Positions 37,026 through 44,137 of a DNA stretch of 64,000 nt are shown here, in pieces (position 1 is the stretch's first letter; each line of letters starts with the position of its first letter). The notes under the pieces are model-generated. The model was not told the origin of the DNA. It worked only from the letters and a program-made list of their open reading frames with translations, and searched no databases. Both the position numbers and the translations under genes were made by a program. The DNA is from a virus (Duplodnaviria > Heunggongvirae > Uroviricota > Caudoviricetes), in the IMG/VR virus record IMGVR_UViG_3300042906_000857, positions 3,297 through 67,296 of that record. One strand, written 5' to 3'.

Positions 37026-37199
37026 CTAATCTTCTCGCAATTCGGCATAAACATTGGCCAATAAGTCCAATGCTTCTTGAATGTTCATCATCAAAGGTGA
37101 ACCTGGATCTTCATTACTCTTTTTTAACCACCGTTGTACTTCCATGATAGAATCTTCGGCGTGACTAATGGTGGACGCTTTGTTATTTGATTTCATCAT
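37026..37199 (-). CDS. Small ORF (57 aa, MMKSNNKASTISHAEDS...), not in the track
   Basis: Translated by hand. Its ATG overlaps the stop of paralog 4 (ATGA). Confidence 0.25.
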   Translation of the reverse strand: MMKSNNKASTISHAEDSIMEVQRWLKKSNEDPGSPLMMNIQEALDLLANVYAELRED

Positions 37200-37405
37200 T
37201 CAACTCCGAAATGTTCATACAAATCTTGAGGGGTAGCATGACCTGAACGGGAATAAACAACTTCAGCACATTCCCGCACAATCAACTCGGCGAACTTTTC
37301 CATAGTTTGAGCATGAAACTCATCATTATCATCCATTGCGTCTGGATAATTCTTACAGACCCATTCTTCAGCCTGTTCGGCCAGTTTTCGAATTCGTTTA
37401 TTCAT
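37196..37405 (-). CDS. Paralogous small-protein family member 4
   Basis: MNKRIRKLAEQA...KFAELIVRECA...HFGVE. Confidence 0.5.
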   Translation of the reverse strand: MNKRIRKLAEQAEEWVCKNYPDAMDDNDEFHAQTMEKFAELIVRECAEVVYSRSGHATPQDLYEHFGVE

Positions 37406-37408
37406 TCT

Positions 37409-37615
37409 TCAACTCCTAAATGTTCCTTTGATTTCACTCCAACAGGCAAGTGCAGAGTTATCTTTTTTCATAACATATTCACAGATTTTCATACATTCCC
37501 ATACAATCAGGTCGGCGAACTTTTCTGCGTCAAACCCAATCTCTAGTAACTCACCATTTACACCGTAAGTTTCAATTTGGCACTGTTCTAAAAGTTTTTC
37601 AATTCGTTCGTTCAT
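37409..37615 (-). CDS. Paralogous small-protein family member 5 (most divergent)
   Basis: MNERIEKLLEQC...KFADLIVWECM. Confidence 0.45.
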   Translation of the reverse strand: MNERIEKLLEQCQIETYGVNGELLEIGFDAEKFADLIVWECMKICEYVMKKDNSALACWSEIKGTFRS

Positions 37616-37790
37616 TCTGCTTCTCCTACAAATTCACGTACCCATTCAAATCCTGTTATTTGTTAGCTAGCCGTTTTATAATAGCAATAAACCAATGCTG
37701 GGCAAGAATTTCTTGGAATCTCAGCTCTGGGTTGTACCATTCACCAGTTTTGCGATCTTGTACCATCATAATCAGCTCCTTGTTGTAGTG

Positions 37791-38321
37791 TTATTTCAAC
37801 ACAATACCTTCAATATCATATTTCTTCTTTAAGAATGCCACACACGCTTCTGCTGTTGGTCGTGCCGCTTCTTGTTTGCCGTTCATCATTGCTACCCATT
37901 TCTGACGGTCTGCACGATAGAACACTGTACCATCGGGGTGCAAGGTCTTAGAACCTGTAACAATAGAACCAACTCGAACCTTACCTACTGTGGTGATAAC
38001 CAACTTAGGTTTAACTGTATCTGATCGTTGGCGTGCCATTTTCTTGGATTTTGTTACCTTAACTTTGGTCTCATCGCTTACCTCGTACACCGGTGCCTCA
38101 GGTACAAACTTTGGACCTGTGATTGGACCTACCCAAGGGAAGAAACCAACAGCTGAAGGACGATCTTTGTTGTTCAATGCATCATTCATATCAGAGCCAC
38201 ATGAGCCCCAGAATTCAATATCTGCATTGTAGTAGCGGTAATACTTACCTTGCATACCACGGTCGACCAAATACAACGCCGATTTTGTTGGCGCTTCAGT
38301 GTTAAATGTCATCTCGCTCAT
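37791..38321 (-). CDS. Hypothetical protein (176 aa)
   Basis: ORF only. Confidence 0.35.
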   Translation of the reverse strand: MSEMTFNTEAPTKSALYLVDRGMQGKYYRYYNADIEFWGSCGSDMNDALNNKDRPSAVGFFPWVGPITGPKFVPEAPVYEVSDETKVKVTKSKKMARQRSDTVKPKLVITTVGKVRVGSIVTGSKTLHPDGTVFYRADRQKWVAMMNGKQEAARPTAEACVAFLKKKYDIEGIVLK

Positions 38322-38743
38322 AATACTTCCTTTTCCAATACAGAATTCAAATCAATCATAACCAAATCACCTGCGCCATTGTAGGTCCATTCTACAACGT
38401 GCCACACGCCAAGGCGCATCAAATACAATACCTCGCAACCCATGTCATCATAGTGCCTTGCAAATTCACGCAAGGACGTAAAAGTTTGAAAATCTTGGTC
38501 GGTTTCACCACGGTCACGGGAGTAAAAATTGCACGTTTCTACTTTTTGGTCAAAATCATGCTTTACGCCGATATCAGGTGCCAAGGATGATAGGTTTCCA
38601 ATGCTAATCAACTCATTGGCTTTTGCTGAATCATAGTATTCTGACAAAATGCGGCCATTGTGTGCCAGATAACCATCCCAATGGCAATAAATTGCTTTGA
38701 TTTTCGAACCGTGCATAACGCCGATTGCTGACCGTGTACTCAT
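38318..38743 (-). CDS. Hypothetical protein (start re-called at the internal Met MSTRSAIG because a promoter lies inside the longer ORF)
   Basis: The -10 hexamer at 38778..38773 falls within the ORF-track N-terminus. The first ATG after the predicted TSS is 38743, with a GAGAG RBS. Confidence 0.35.
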   Translation of the reverse strand: MSTRSAIGVMHGSKIKAIYCHWDGYLAHNGRILSEYYDSAKANELISIGNLSSLAPDIGVKHDFDQKVETCNFYSRDRGETDQDFQTFTSLREFARHYDDMGCEVLYLMRLGVWHVVEWTYNGAGDLVMIDLNSVLEKEVL

Positions 38744-38765
38744 TTTACTACTCTCTTGCTTTAAA

Positions 38766-38830
38766 GATACCATTATACCACAATACGACACTCCTGGCAA
38801 CCAGTACTTGACCGGACTGCTGGAGTATTA
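38766..38830 (-). promoter_or_regulatory. Sigma70-type promoter module copy (minus strand): TTGCCA-N17-TGG-TATAAT plus the upstream CCAGCAGTCCGGTCAAGTA element
   Basis: The reverse complement reads ...ctccagcagtccggtcaagtactggTTGCCAggagtgtcgtattgTGGTATAATgg. Confidence 0.5.
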
Positions 38831-39058
38831 TCAGATTGCAGCGAACCGTTCGGTGCTCATAGGCGTGTACAAGCGGGTGGTCAATAATAGGTGTTGTTTG
38901 GTTGCAATAACTTCGCCACAACCAATCTCCGCCAGTTTTTGCAGTCCGATATTGGTGAATTCCTCACCAGCAAGAATATCCAACATATAAATCCAGTTTA
39001 TTTCATTTATTTTATTCATAGTATTATTTTCCATATTGTTCCATCCATGCCAAAGCAA
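38831..39058 (-). CDS. Hypothetical protein (75 aa)
   Basis: ORF only. Confidence 0.3.
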   Translation of the reverse strand: MLWHGWNNMENNTMNKINEINWIYMLDILAGEEFTNIGLQKLAEIGCGEVIATKQHLLLTTRLYTPMSTERFAAI

Positions 39059-39212
39059 TACTTCTTGCTTCGTATTTACTCAATTCAAACTCTTCCTGTA
39101 GATACGGTCCGCAACCGTACATATTGGTCACACCAGATTCACGCAAAGCGTCCAGAAACTCGAAACACTCTTTCAAGAGCTCCTCATCATGCACCATATT
39201 ACTCATTTCCAT
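39024..39212 (-). CDS. Hypothetical protein (62 aa)
   Basis: ORF only. Confidence 0.25.
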   Translation of the reverse strand: MEMSNMVHDEELLKECFEFLDALRESGVTNMYGCGPYLQEEFELSKYEARSIALAWMEQYGK

Positions 39213-39560
39213 TTACTCCGTTCCATACATTAACAAAAAAGAATCGATAAACTCACGACCAACATCAAAAGACACATAATAGTCCCCTTGCATCCCTTGC
39301 TCCGAATAGGATATCTCAGTAGAAATACCACGCACCGATAACTCGTGCTTCAATTCATCCAAGAATAAACTGTCCGTGTATATTAGTCCATTCTCATTAA
39401 CGTCCCAATCTTGGCCATCAAAATACACGCACAACTCACCAAAGGTATTATCCTCGTTAGTATCAACCAACCGAATATCCGTAATAGTAACTGGTTTAAT
39501 CTTATTAGACCAAAGACTATCACCACACGTATTCAAAACAAAATCAACTTTCATTTCCAT
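39213..39560 (-). CDS. Hypothetical protein (115 aa)
   Basis: ORF only. Confidence 0.3.
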   Translation of the reverse strand: MEMKVDFVLNTCGDSLWSNKIKPVTITDIRLVDTNEDNTFGELCVYFDGQDWDVNENGLIYTDSLFLDELKHELSVRGISTEISYSEQGMQGDYYVSFDVGREFIDSFLLMYGTE

Positions 39561-39687
39561 AATCCCTTAAAGATAGAAGCAAAGATAATACCACCACCCA
39601 AGACCAACCAACCATCGATCTGTTCCCAACGAAAACCAATGGCCATAGAAACAATAAACAAACCAATAAAATACATTATAGAAGGCC

Positions 39688-39876
39688 TCAATTGAAATAA
39701 AAACTGTGAATATCAGTTTCCGTATTATATTTTACCGTTAGATCACCAACTGTAAACTCATCACCGTGCTGTTCAACCATATTGGCAAAATTATTCACAT
39801 CACCAAAAATATAATCCACCACATTATCCTCTGTACAGTTACCTTGATAATACTGCATATTAACAGTCCGCATCAT
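39688..39876 (-). CDS. Hypothetical protein (62 aa)
   Basis: ORF only. Confidence 0.25.
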   Translation of the reverse strand: MMRTVNMQYYQGNCTEDNVVDYIFGDVNNFANMVEQHGDEFTVGDLTVKYNTETDIHSFYFN

Positions 39877-40135
39877 AACTCATCCACTCATCGTATTCCG
39901 TTGGTTGACCGTCATCATCATAAAAATCTGATTCTATCTTGATACCACGATTATCCAGTTCCGATTGTAATTCCTCATCCGTGAAATTATCGTAACCTTT
40001 GAAACCAGTCCGTAGATAAGAATTTAATAGTTCCGCAGAATCCATATGGATGATACTATCCCAATCAATATCCACTAGAGTATCAATAACTGCTGACCTG
40101 TATTCTTCCGAATAACTAATAACTTTACCTGACAT
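39860..40135 (-). CDS. Hypothetical acidic protein (91 aa)
   Basis: ORF only. Confidence 0.3.
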   Translation of the reverse strand: MSGKVISYSEEYRSAVIDTLVDIDWDSIIHMDSAELLNSYLRTGFKGYDNFTDEELQSELDNRGIKIESDFYDDDGQPTEYDEWMSYDADC

Positions 40136-40189
40136 AAAACACCTTATAATAAGAAGAAATGAAATAAAAATTCATCATGCGTATATTGT

Positions 40190-40340
40190 CGCAAACCTTG
40201 TCGCAACCTCGATAGTACCTGAATCTAAATGAGAATCAATCGCAATAAGGCTTACCTGAACCATCGCAATTGGTCGCACCTTTGAGTAACCAATGAGTCT
40301 TAGTCTGTGGTTCCCACCGGTTTTTACCTGAAAAGTGGCC
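40190..40340. repeat. Iteron-like short direct repeats: TCGCAA x5 (TGTCGCAA x2, ATCGCAAT x2) and TACCTGAA x3
   Basis: gtcgcaaaccttgtcgcaacc...aatcgcaataagg...catcgcaattggtcgcacc, with tacctgaa at ~40217, 40253 and 40323. Confidence 0.5.
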
Positions 40341-40355
40341 GAAATTCATGGAACC

Positions 40356-40544
40356 TCAGTCTGCCTCAGAGCAATTAAAACACTTTACCTCGAAAGTGTG
40401 TATAATACCATACACTTCATCCGAGAAACCAAGGGCACACAATCGCTTTTGTTCGGACGTGACTAACTCATTAGCGAGACCATGCTTCCACACGAGCTCT
40501 GCAAAGTCTAGAAGGTCCATCGCAACTTGCTTCATTTTTCCCAT
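40356..40544 (-). CDS. First gene of the leftward early transcription unit (62 aa, CxxC-containing)
   Basis: ATG at 40544 with an AAGGAC RBS, ~20 nt downstream of the TSS predicted for promoter B. Confidence 0.35.
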   Translation of the reverse strand: MGKMKQVAMDLLDFAELVWKHGLANELVTSEQKRLCALGFSDEVYGIIHTFEVKCFNCSEAD

Positions 40545-40564
40545 AGTGTGTCCTTGTTATCAAT

Positions 40565-40632
40565 CATGCCATTATACAGGTTTCGGTCTAAATGGCAAGC
40601 CATACTTGACCGGACTGCTGGACTATTGGCCA
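40565..40632 (-). promoter_or_regulatory. Promoter B (minus strand): upstream element plus GGCTTGCCA-N16-TG-TATAAT
   Basis: The reverse complement of 40571-40632 is ccaatagtccagcagtccggtcaagtatggCTTGCCAtttagaccgaaaccTGTATAATggc. Confidence 0.55.
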
Positions 40633-40663
40633 TAAGTGTTGTTTTTTTGCATCATAAGGTGGT

Positions 40664-40730
40664 ATTGTACAGGTTCTGGCCGGAATGGCAAGCATTGATT
40701 TTATACTTGACCGGAATGCTATGGCAAGCG
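40664..40730 (-). promoter_or_regulatory. Promoters C and C2 (minus strand, tandem): TTGCCA-N16-TG-TACAAT, and TTGCCA-N17/18-TAAAAT 35 bp upstream
   Basis: The reverse complement is cttgccattccggccagaaccTGTACAATacc. A second -35 TTGCCA at 40727..40722 has TAAAAT at 40703..40698. Confidence 0.45.
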
Positions 40731-40802
40731 GGGTGTTGTTTTTCTGCAACACGGATGGCGTCACGCAGGCGCCACGTCCACCCCCTTGCTGTTCGAATGG
40801 TC

Positions 40803-40903
40803 CCATTATACACGAACCGACCGAAAAGGCAAGCCCCCCCTCCAATACCCAGCACTCCGGTCAAGAATGGTTGCCTTTTCCCCTGGTTGTGGTATAATAC
40901 ACT
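40803..40903. promoter_or_regulatory. Back-to-back divergent promoter pair D: minus-strand TTGCCT-N16-TG-TATAAT (40832..40805) and plus-strand CCAATAcCCAGCAcTCCGGTCAAGaATGG-TTGCCT-N16-TGG-TATAAT (40843..40898)
   Basis: Read directly: ...cattatacacgaaccgaccgaaaaggcaagcc ccccc tccaatacccagcactccggtcaagaatggttgccttttcccctggttgtggtataatac. Confidence 0.55.
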
Positions 40904-41002
40904 CATGCAAAACGAAAAGACAATTCTAATCACCGCCTCTGGTAAGGTTATGGTTTTCTCCGTTCGCTCCTGCGCTGTACTGTACCAGCAGGCATTCGGT
41001 GG

Positions 41003-41068
41003 TATCTTGACCGATTTGGTCAAGTATCCAGAAAACGCTTGCCAAAACCAATCGGTTCTGGTATAATA
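41003..41068 (+). promoter_or_regulatory. Plus-strand promoter TTGCCA-N17-GG-TATAAT preceded by a perfect inverted repeat CTTGACC-gattt-GGTCAAG (41006-41024)
   Basis: Read directly. It is followed by AACGAAAAGGAC, the RBS, and ATG 41098. Confidence 0.55.
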
Positions 41069-41097
41069 CACTCATATTTAAACGAAAAGGACTTTTT

Positions 41098-41397
41098 ATG
41101 ATAGTTTACACTCCCTCCGCCGCTGCTAAGGCAGTATCATTGGCCGCTGAATTGAAAGCAGAGCGTGCTGTGCTTGCTACTAGTAAGCTCTTGGTTGCTG
41201 CTCTTGCTCGTGAATTGAAAACCCAAAAGCAATTGGCTAAGGACGAAAAGCAGCATGCTCTTGTCCACCGCCGTAACGTGGCTATCGGCAAAGCTCAAGA
41301 TAAGCTTCAGAAGCTTTTGGATAAACAAAATCTGGTTGGTGCGAAAGCTAACAAAGCGAACCGTAAACCTTCCAAGGCCGTGAGCGTTACAGTATGA
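41098..41397 (+). CDS. Ala/Lys-rich coiled-coil small protein (99 aa)
   Basis: ORF with a strong promoter and RBS. Its stop overlaps the next ATG (ATGA). Confidence 0.45.
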   Translation: MIVYTPSAAAKAVSLAAELKAERAVLATSKLLVAALARELKTQKQLAKDEKQHALVHRRNVAIGKAQDKLQKLLDKQNLVGAKANKANRKPSKAVSVTV

Positions 41398-41495
41398 GCG
41401 ATATCCATGCAAAGGCCAGCGTGGCCATTTGGGTGACCTTGGCAATTGCTGTCGTGGTCTTAGGTATGGACTTATTCTTTTGGAGACCACTATGA
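41394..41495 (+). CDS. 33-aa single-TM micro-protein (MSDIHAKASVAIWVTLAIAVVVLGMDLFFWRPL), not in the track
   Basis: ATGA overlap with the upstream stop, and its own TGA overlaps the next ATG; a translationally coupled chain. Confidence 0.3.
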   Translation: MSDIHAKASVAIWVTLAIAVVVLGMDLFFWRPL

Positions 41496-41713
41496 GCATA
41501 GCTCTTCCTTTTAAGTGTATGATATTGGACAGTGAGCCAGTATTGGTGAAAAACCGATTCTCCGGTGAAGGCATTATGCTTACGCCAGAAGCGGTTGCGG
41601 TGTATGATTCTATTATGGGCGCCGAAATGATTGGTTCGTATGATATCGTCCGCAAGGGTATCGATTGGTTTAGGGCACACTTCCCGGAAGCTTACATGGT
41701 TTTGCTAGATTAG
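41492..41713 (+). CDS. Hypothetical protein (73 aa; start at MSIALPF with a GGAG RBS)
   Basis: The ORF-track start at 41429 lacks an RBS. 41492 has GGAG 7 nt upstream. Confidence 0.4.
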   Translation: MSIALPFKCMILDSEPVLVKNRFSGEGIMLTPEAVAVYDSIMGAEMIGSYDIVRKGIDWFRAHFPEAYMVLLD

Positions 41714-41715
41714 GC

Positions 41716-41788
41716 AAGCCCCAGCTAGTACTTGACCGGAGTGGTGGAGTACTGGTTGCCAAAAGCACTGCTTTCTGGTATAATACCA
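41716..41788 (+). promoter_or_regulatory. Plus-strand promoter: AGTACTTGACCGGAGTGGTGGAGTACTGG-TTGCCA-N17-TGG-TATAAT
   Basis: Read directly. It is followed by AACGAAAAGGAttcggaATG (41825). Confidence 0.55.
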
Positions 41789-41824
41789 TCATACAGTAAC
41801 AAAACGGAACGAAAAGGATTCGGA

Positions 41825-42469
41825 ATGATAAAGCTCTCAAAAACAAGCAAGCTAGACGGTGTAAAATCATGGTCACTCCAGGCTATTGAGACCTGCCCCG
41901 GTTCAATGGGTACCGATGGCCAATTGGTTGCTGCTTGTTCTGGTTGCTATGCCACCACCGGTATGTACAATTTTCCAGGCGTGAAGGCACCCCGTGCTTT
42001 CAATAAAGAGGACTGGAAGCGTGCTGATTTTGTTGCTGATTTTATCGTAGCGCTTAAAAAAGAAAAGTACTTCCGCTGGTTCGATTCTGGCGATATGTAC
42101 TCCCTGGACTTGGCGGAGAAAATGTACGCCATCATGGTTGCTACGCCTACAGTGAAGCACTGGTTGCCTACACGTATGGCTAAATTCTTAAAATTCCAGG
42201 CCATACTTGCTAAAATGCAAGCACTGCCTAACGTGATGGTCCGATTCAGCTCCGATGCTATCGATGGTACCTATACATCAAAGCATGGTAGCACAATCTT
42301 ACCTGCTACTGCTACTGTACCTGCCGGCGTGACCTTGTGCCGTGCTTATGAGCGTGGTGGTAAATGCGAATCATGCCGTGCTTGCTATGACAAATCCGTG
42401 GCAGTCATTGGTTATCCCGCTCACGGTAAGAAAATGGGCAAGGTTATTCGGTTGGCAATAGCGGCATAA
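41825..42469 (+). CDS. Cys-motif protein (214 aa), possibly Gp37/Gp68 (DUF5131)-like
   Basis: N-terminal CPGSMGTDGQLVAACSGCYATTG and C-terminal CESCRACYDKS. A W..P/TR pattern is reminiscent of DUF5131. The start was chosen by the RBS and promoter position. Confidence 0.4.
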   Translation: MIKLSKTSKLDGVKSWSLQAIETCPGSMGTDGQLVAACSGCYATTGMYNFPGVKAPRAFNKEDWKRADFVADFIVALKKEKYFRWFDSGDMYSLDLAEKMYAIMVATPTVKHWLPTRMAKFLKFQAILAKMQALPNVMVRFSSDAIDGTYTSKHGSTILPATATVPAGVTLCRAYERGGKCESCRACYDKSVAVIGYPAHGKKMGKVIRLAIAA

Positions 42470-42477
42470 TTTGGTTA

Positions 42478-42545
42478 TAATCCCCCTGAGGCTCGGCCGG
42501 ATAGGGGATTGGGACTGCTCTGCAATGGGGCAGTCCCTTTTTTTG
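42478..42545 (+). terminator. Tandem hairpins ending in an intrinsic terminator (GGGACTGC-tctgcaatgg-GCAGTCCC + TTTTTTT)
   Basis: AATCCCCC...AGGGGATT hairpin, then an 8-bp G/C stem and a T-run at 42538-42545. Confidence 0.6.
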
Positions 42546-42556
42546 CTCTGAGGTTT

Positions 42557-42735
42557 GCTGGTGGTGGCTGGTTGGTGAGCGCTGTGGTGGCATCATTAGC
42601 AATAAAAAGCCCCACCTGGTCAAACTCTTTATTCGCATTTTTTATTTTCTGGTACCTCCCAATGGATTTTCGAAAATATTAATTTTTTTCTCCTGCGGAT
42701 TTTTCGAGGTACCTCTATTTTGAGGAACCTCTATC
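42557..42735. promoter_or_regulatory. Chi octamer GCTGGTGG (42557-42564) in a GTGG-rich stretch, plus three copies of the palindrome GAGGTACCTC / GAGGAACCTC (42638-42731)
   Basis: Read directly: tttGCTGGTGGtggctggttggtg...ctGGTACCTCcc...cGAGGTACCTCtattttGAGGAACCTCtat. Confidence 0.4.
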
Positions 42736-42936
42736 TCATTCCCACTCAATTGGTATTTCACCTAATACATTCATACCACTTTCTCTACCAGCCTCAAAGG
42801 CAGCCTTCATCCATTTCATTGTGAACGCATACTTACCAAGGTCATCGGAGTTTTTCAACGCATCGAATTCTTCGTAAAATCGTTCCGACCTCATACAAAA
42901 GGATTCAGTCTCACAGAACCAATCTTCGAATATCAT
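42736..42936 (-). CDS. Hypothetical protein (66 aa)
   Basis: ORF only. Confidence 0.3.
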   Translation of the reverse strand: MIFEDWFCETESFCMRSERFYEEFDALKNSDDLGKYAFTMKWMKAAFEAGRESGMNVLGEIPIEWE

Positions 42937-43475
42937 ACAGTTTTACTTTTAATATTTTCGATGACGCTTTTTATAAGATTGATATCAGCTCGTTGTTCAT
43001 ACGATCCAATAAAGAATCCTTGAATTTTATTCAGTCCTCTCAGTTTATCTACATGAGACACATTGATATAAAAGTAAGGTGATACCAGTGTGCCTGCGTC
43101 TGCGTACGGATCACCTCTCATGAATTCATAGTGTTTACGATCTACATACTCAGTGTACTCTTTGAAGTTACCTGCAACTATGTACACATACAGGTCTGGA
43201 TTAGGTGAGTTTGTTGCGCTAGCACCACCAGAACCCACAGTGTTTAATGTGTGTTTGCCGATAGCAGTACCGGTACCTATAGACCATTGTGCGGGAGGAT
43301 TAGATGAAACACTTTGGGTTGTGTTGACACTTCGAACACCAAGTAGACTAGCCACTTTGTTAGCCTCATCGATATAATCCTGCCACGGGGTCTTACCACT
43401 TGGCCTTAGCATCGGATCAGGTTGCTTTGAAACGTTTTCGAAAACTTGGTTTGGTATGTGTGTTTTTATTGCCAT
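42933..43475 (-). CDS. Hypothetical protein (180 aa)
   Basis: ORF. A GC hairpin (GGAAGCGC x2) lies in the 5' leader at 43490-43520. Confidence 0.35.
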   Translation of the reverse strand: MAIKTHIPNQVFENVSKQPDPMLRPSGKTPWQDYIDEANKVASLLGVRSVNTTQSVSSNPPAQWSIGTGTAIGKHTLNTVGSGGASATNSPNPDLYVYIVAGNFKEYTEYVDRKHYEFMRGDPYADAGTLVSPYFYINVSHVDKLRGLNKIQGFFIGSYEQRADINLIKSVIENIKSKTV

Positions 43476-43663
43476 AATATGTCCGGAAGCGCCCCTCTCG
43501 GAAGCGCTGGAAAAGTCAGAAGGTCATTGAGTTGGTTCAAAGTAATACTTGAATAGTTTTACGTAATAGGCGAATCTGATTGGTTCTTGTTCGGGGTCAG
43601 GTAGTTTGTTACCAAAAATTTCTACCATTCTATTGTATTTTTCTTGTAGTTCGGTTTCTGTCA

Positions 43664-44137
43664 TTACGAATAATACTTGTCGTATAGTCTTTGTAGAGTG
43701 GTCATAACATCTGTTTCAGACATTATGTTTGCATCTTTTAATGAATCGGACAACGGTGCGATAGACCAACGGCCAGTTTCAACGTTTCTCCAAGTCTCAA
43801 TTAAAATCTCATTGTCACGATGTTGTATGATTCTCTGTGAGTTGATTTCTTTCAGATCATGTTCAGGGAATTGGAAGTTTCGTTTCACTGAATCCTTGTG
43901 TACAAATAGTACATAGTTTTCTAAATTCTTGTCCTCAACATATTCTCCAGATTCGTTTTGACTGACTCCGTAGTTTTCGAAAATAATTTTTACTTCTGAT
44001 AAGGACGAAATGTTTTCTCCGTTATCAAACTTCTCTGCATCGATTAATCGGTTATCTAGAATTTTAGTAACTAACATTACATATTGTTGAATATCGTATT
44101 CCATTTTTTTTATTCCTCGTTGTAAATACTGGACCAA
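43664..44137 (-). CDS. Hypothetical protein (157 aa)
   Basis: ORF only. Confidence 0.35.
   Translation of the reverse strand: MVQYLQRGIKKMEYDIQQYVMLVTKILDNRLIDAEKFDNGENISSLSEVKIIFENYGVSQNESGEYVEDKNLENYVLFVHKDSVKRNFQFPEHDLKEINSQRIIQHRDNEILIETWRNVETGRWSIAPLSDSLKDANIMSETDVMTTLQRLYDKYYS

Noticed and set aside
40396-40407. A fourth plus-strand TGTATAATAC -10-like hexamer at 40401-40406
   Set aside because: There is no acceptable -35 17 bp upstream. It lies inside the minus-strand ORF 40356..40544. It is probably a fortuitous match, possibly a weak promoter.
40527-41071. Long ORFs 40527..41066 (+), 40652..41071 (-), 40588..40845 (-), 40685..40897 (+) and 40348..40635 (+) spanning the promoter repeats
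   Set aside because: They run across four to six stacked promoter modules. They are open only because the region is GC-rich and have no RBS. Promoter -10 and -35 elements fall inside them. A 38-aa leader ORF (40950..41066) with an AAGG RBS remains a weak possibility.
38761-41760. The dispersed ~65-bp repeat family as a CRISPR-like array or mobile-element terminal repeats
   Set aside because: Spacing is irregular (85-900 bp) and copies occur in both orientations. Reverse-complementing shows each copy is a complete -35/-10 promoter, so these are promoters, not repeat-spacer units or inverted terminal repeats.
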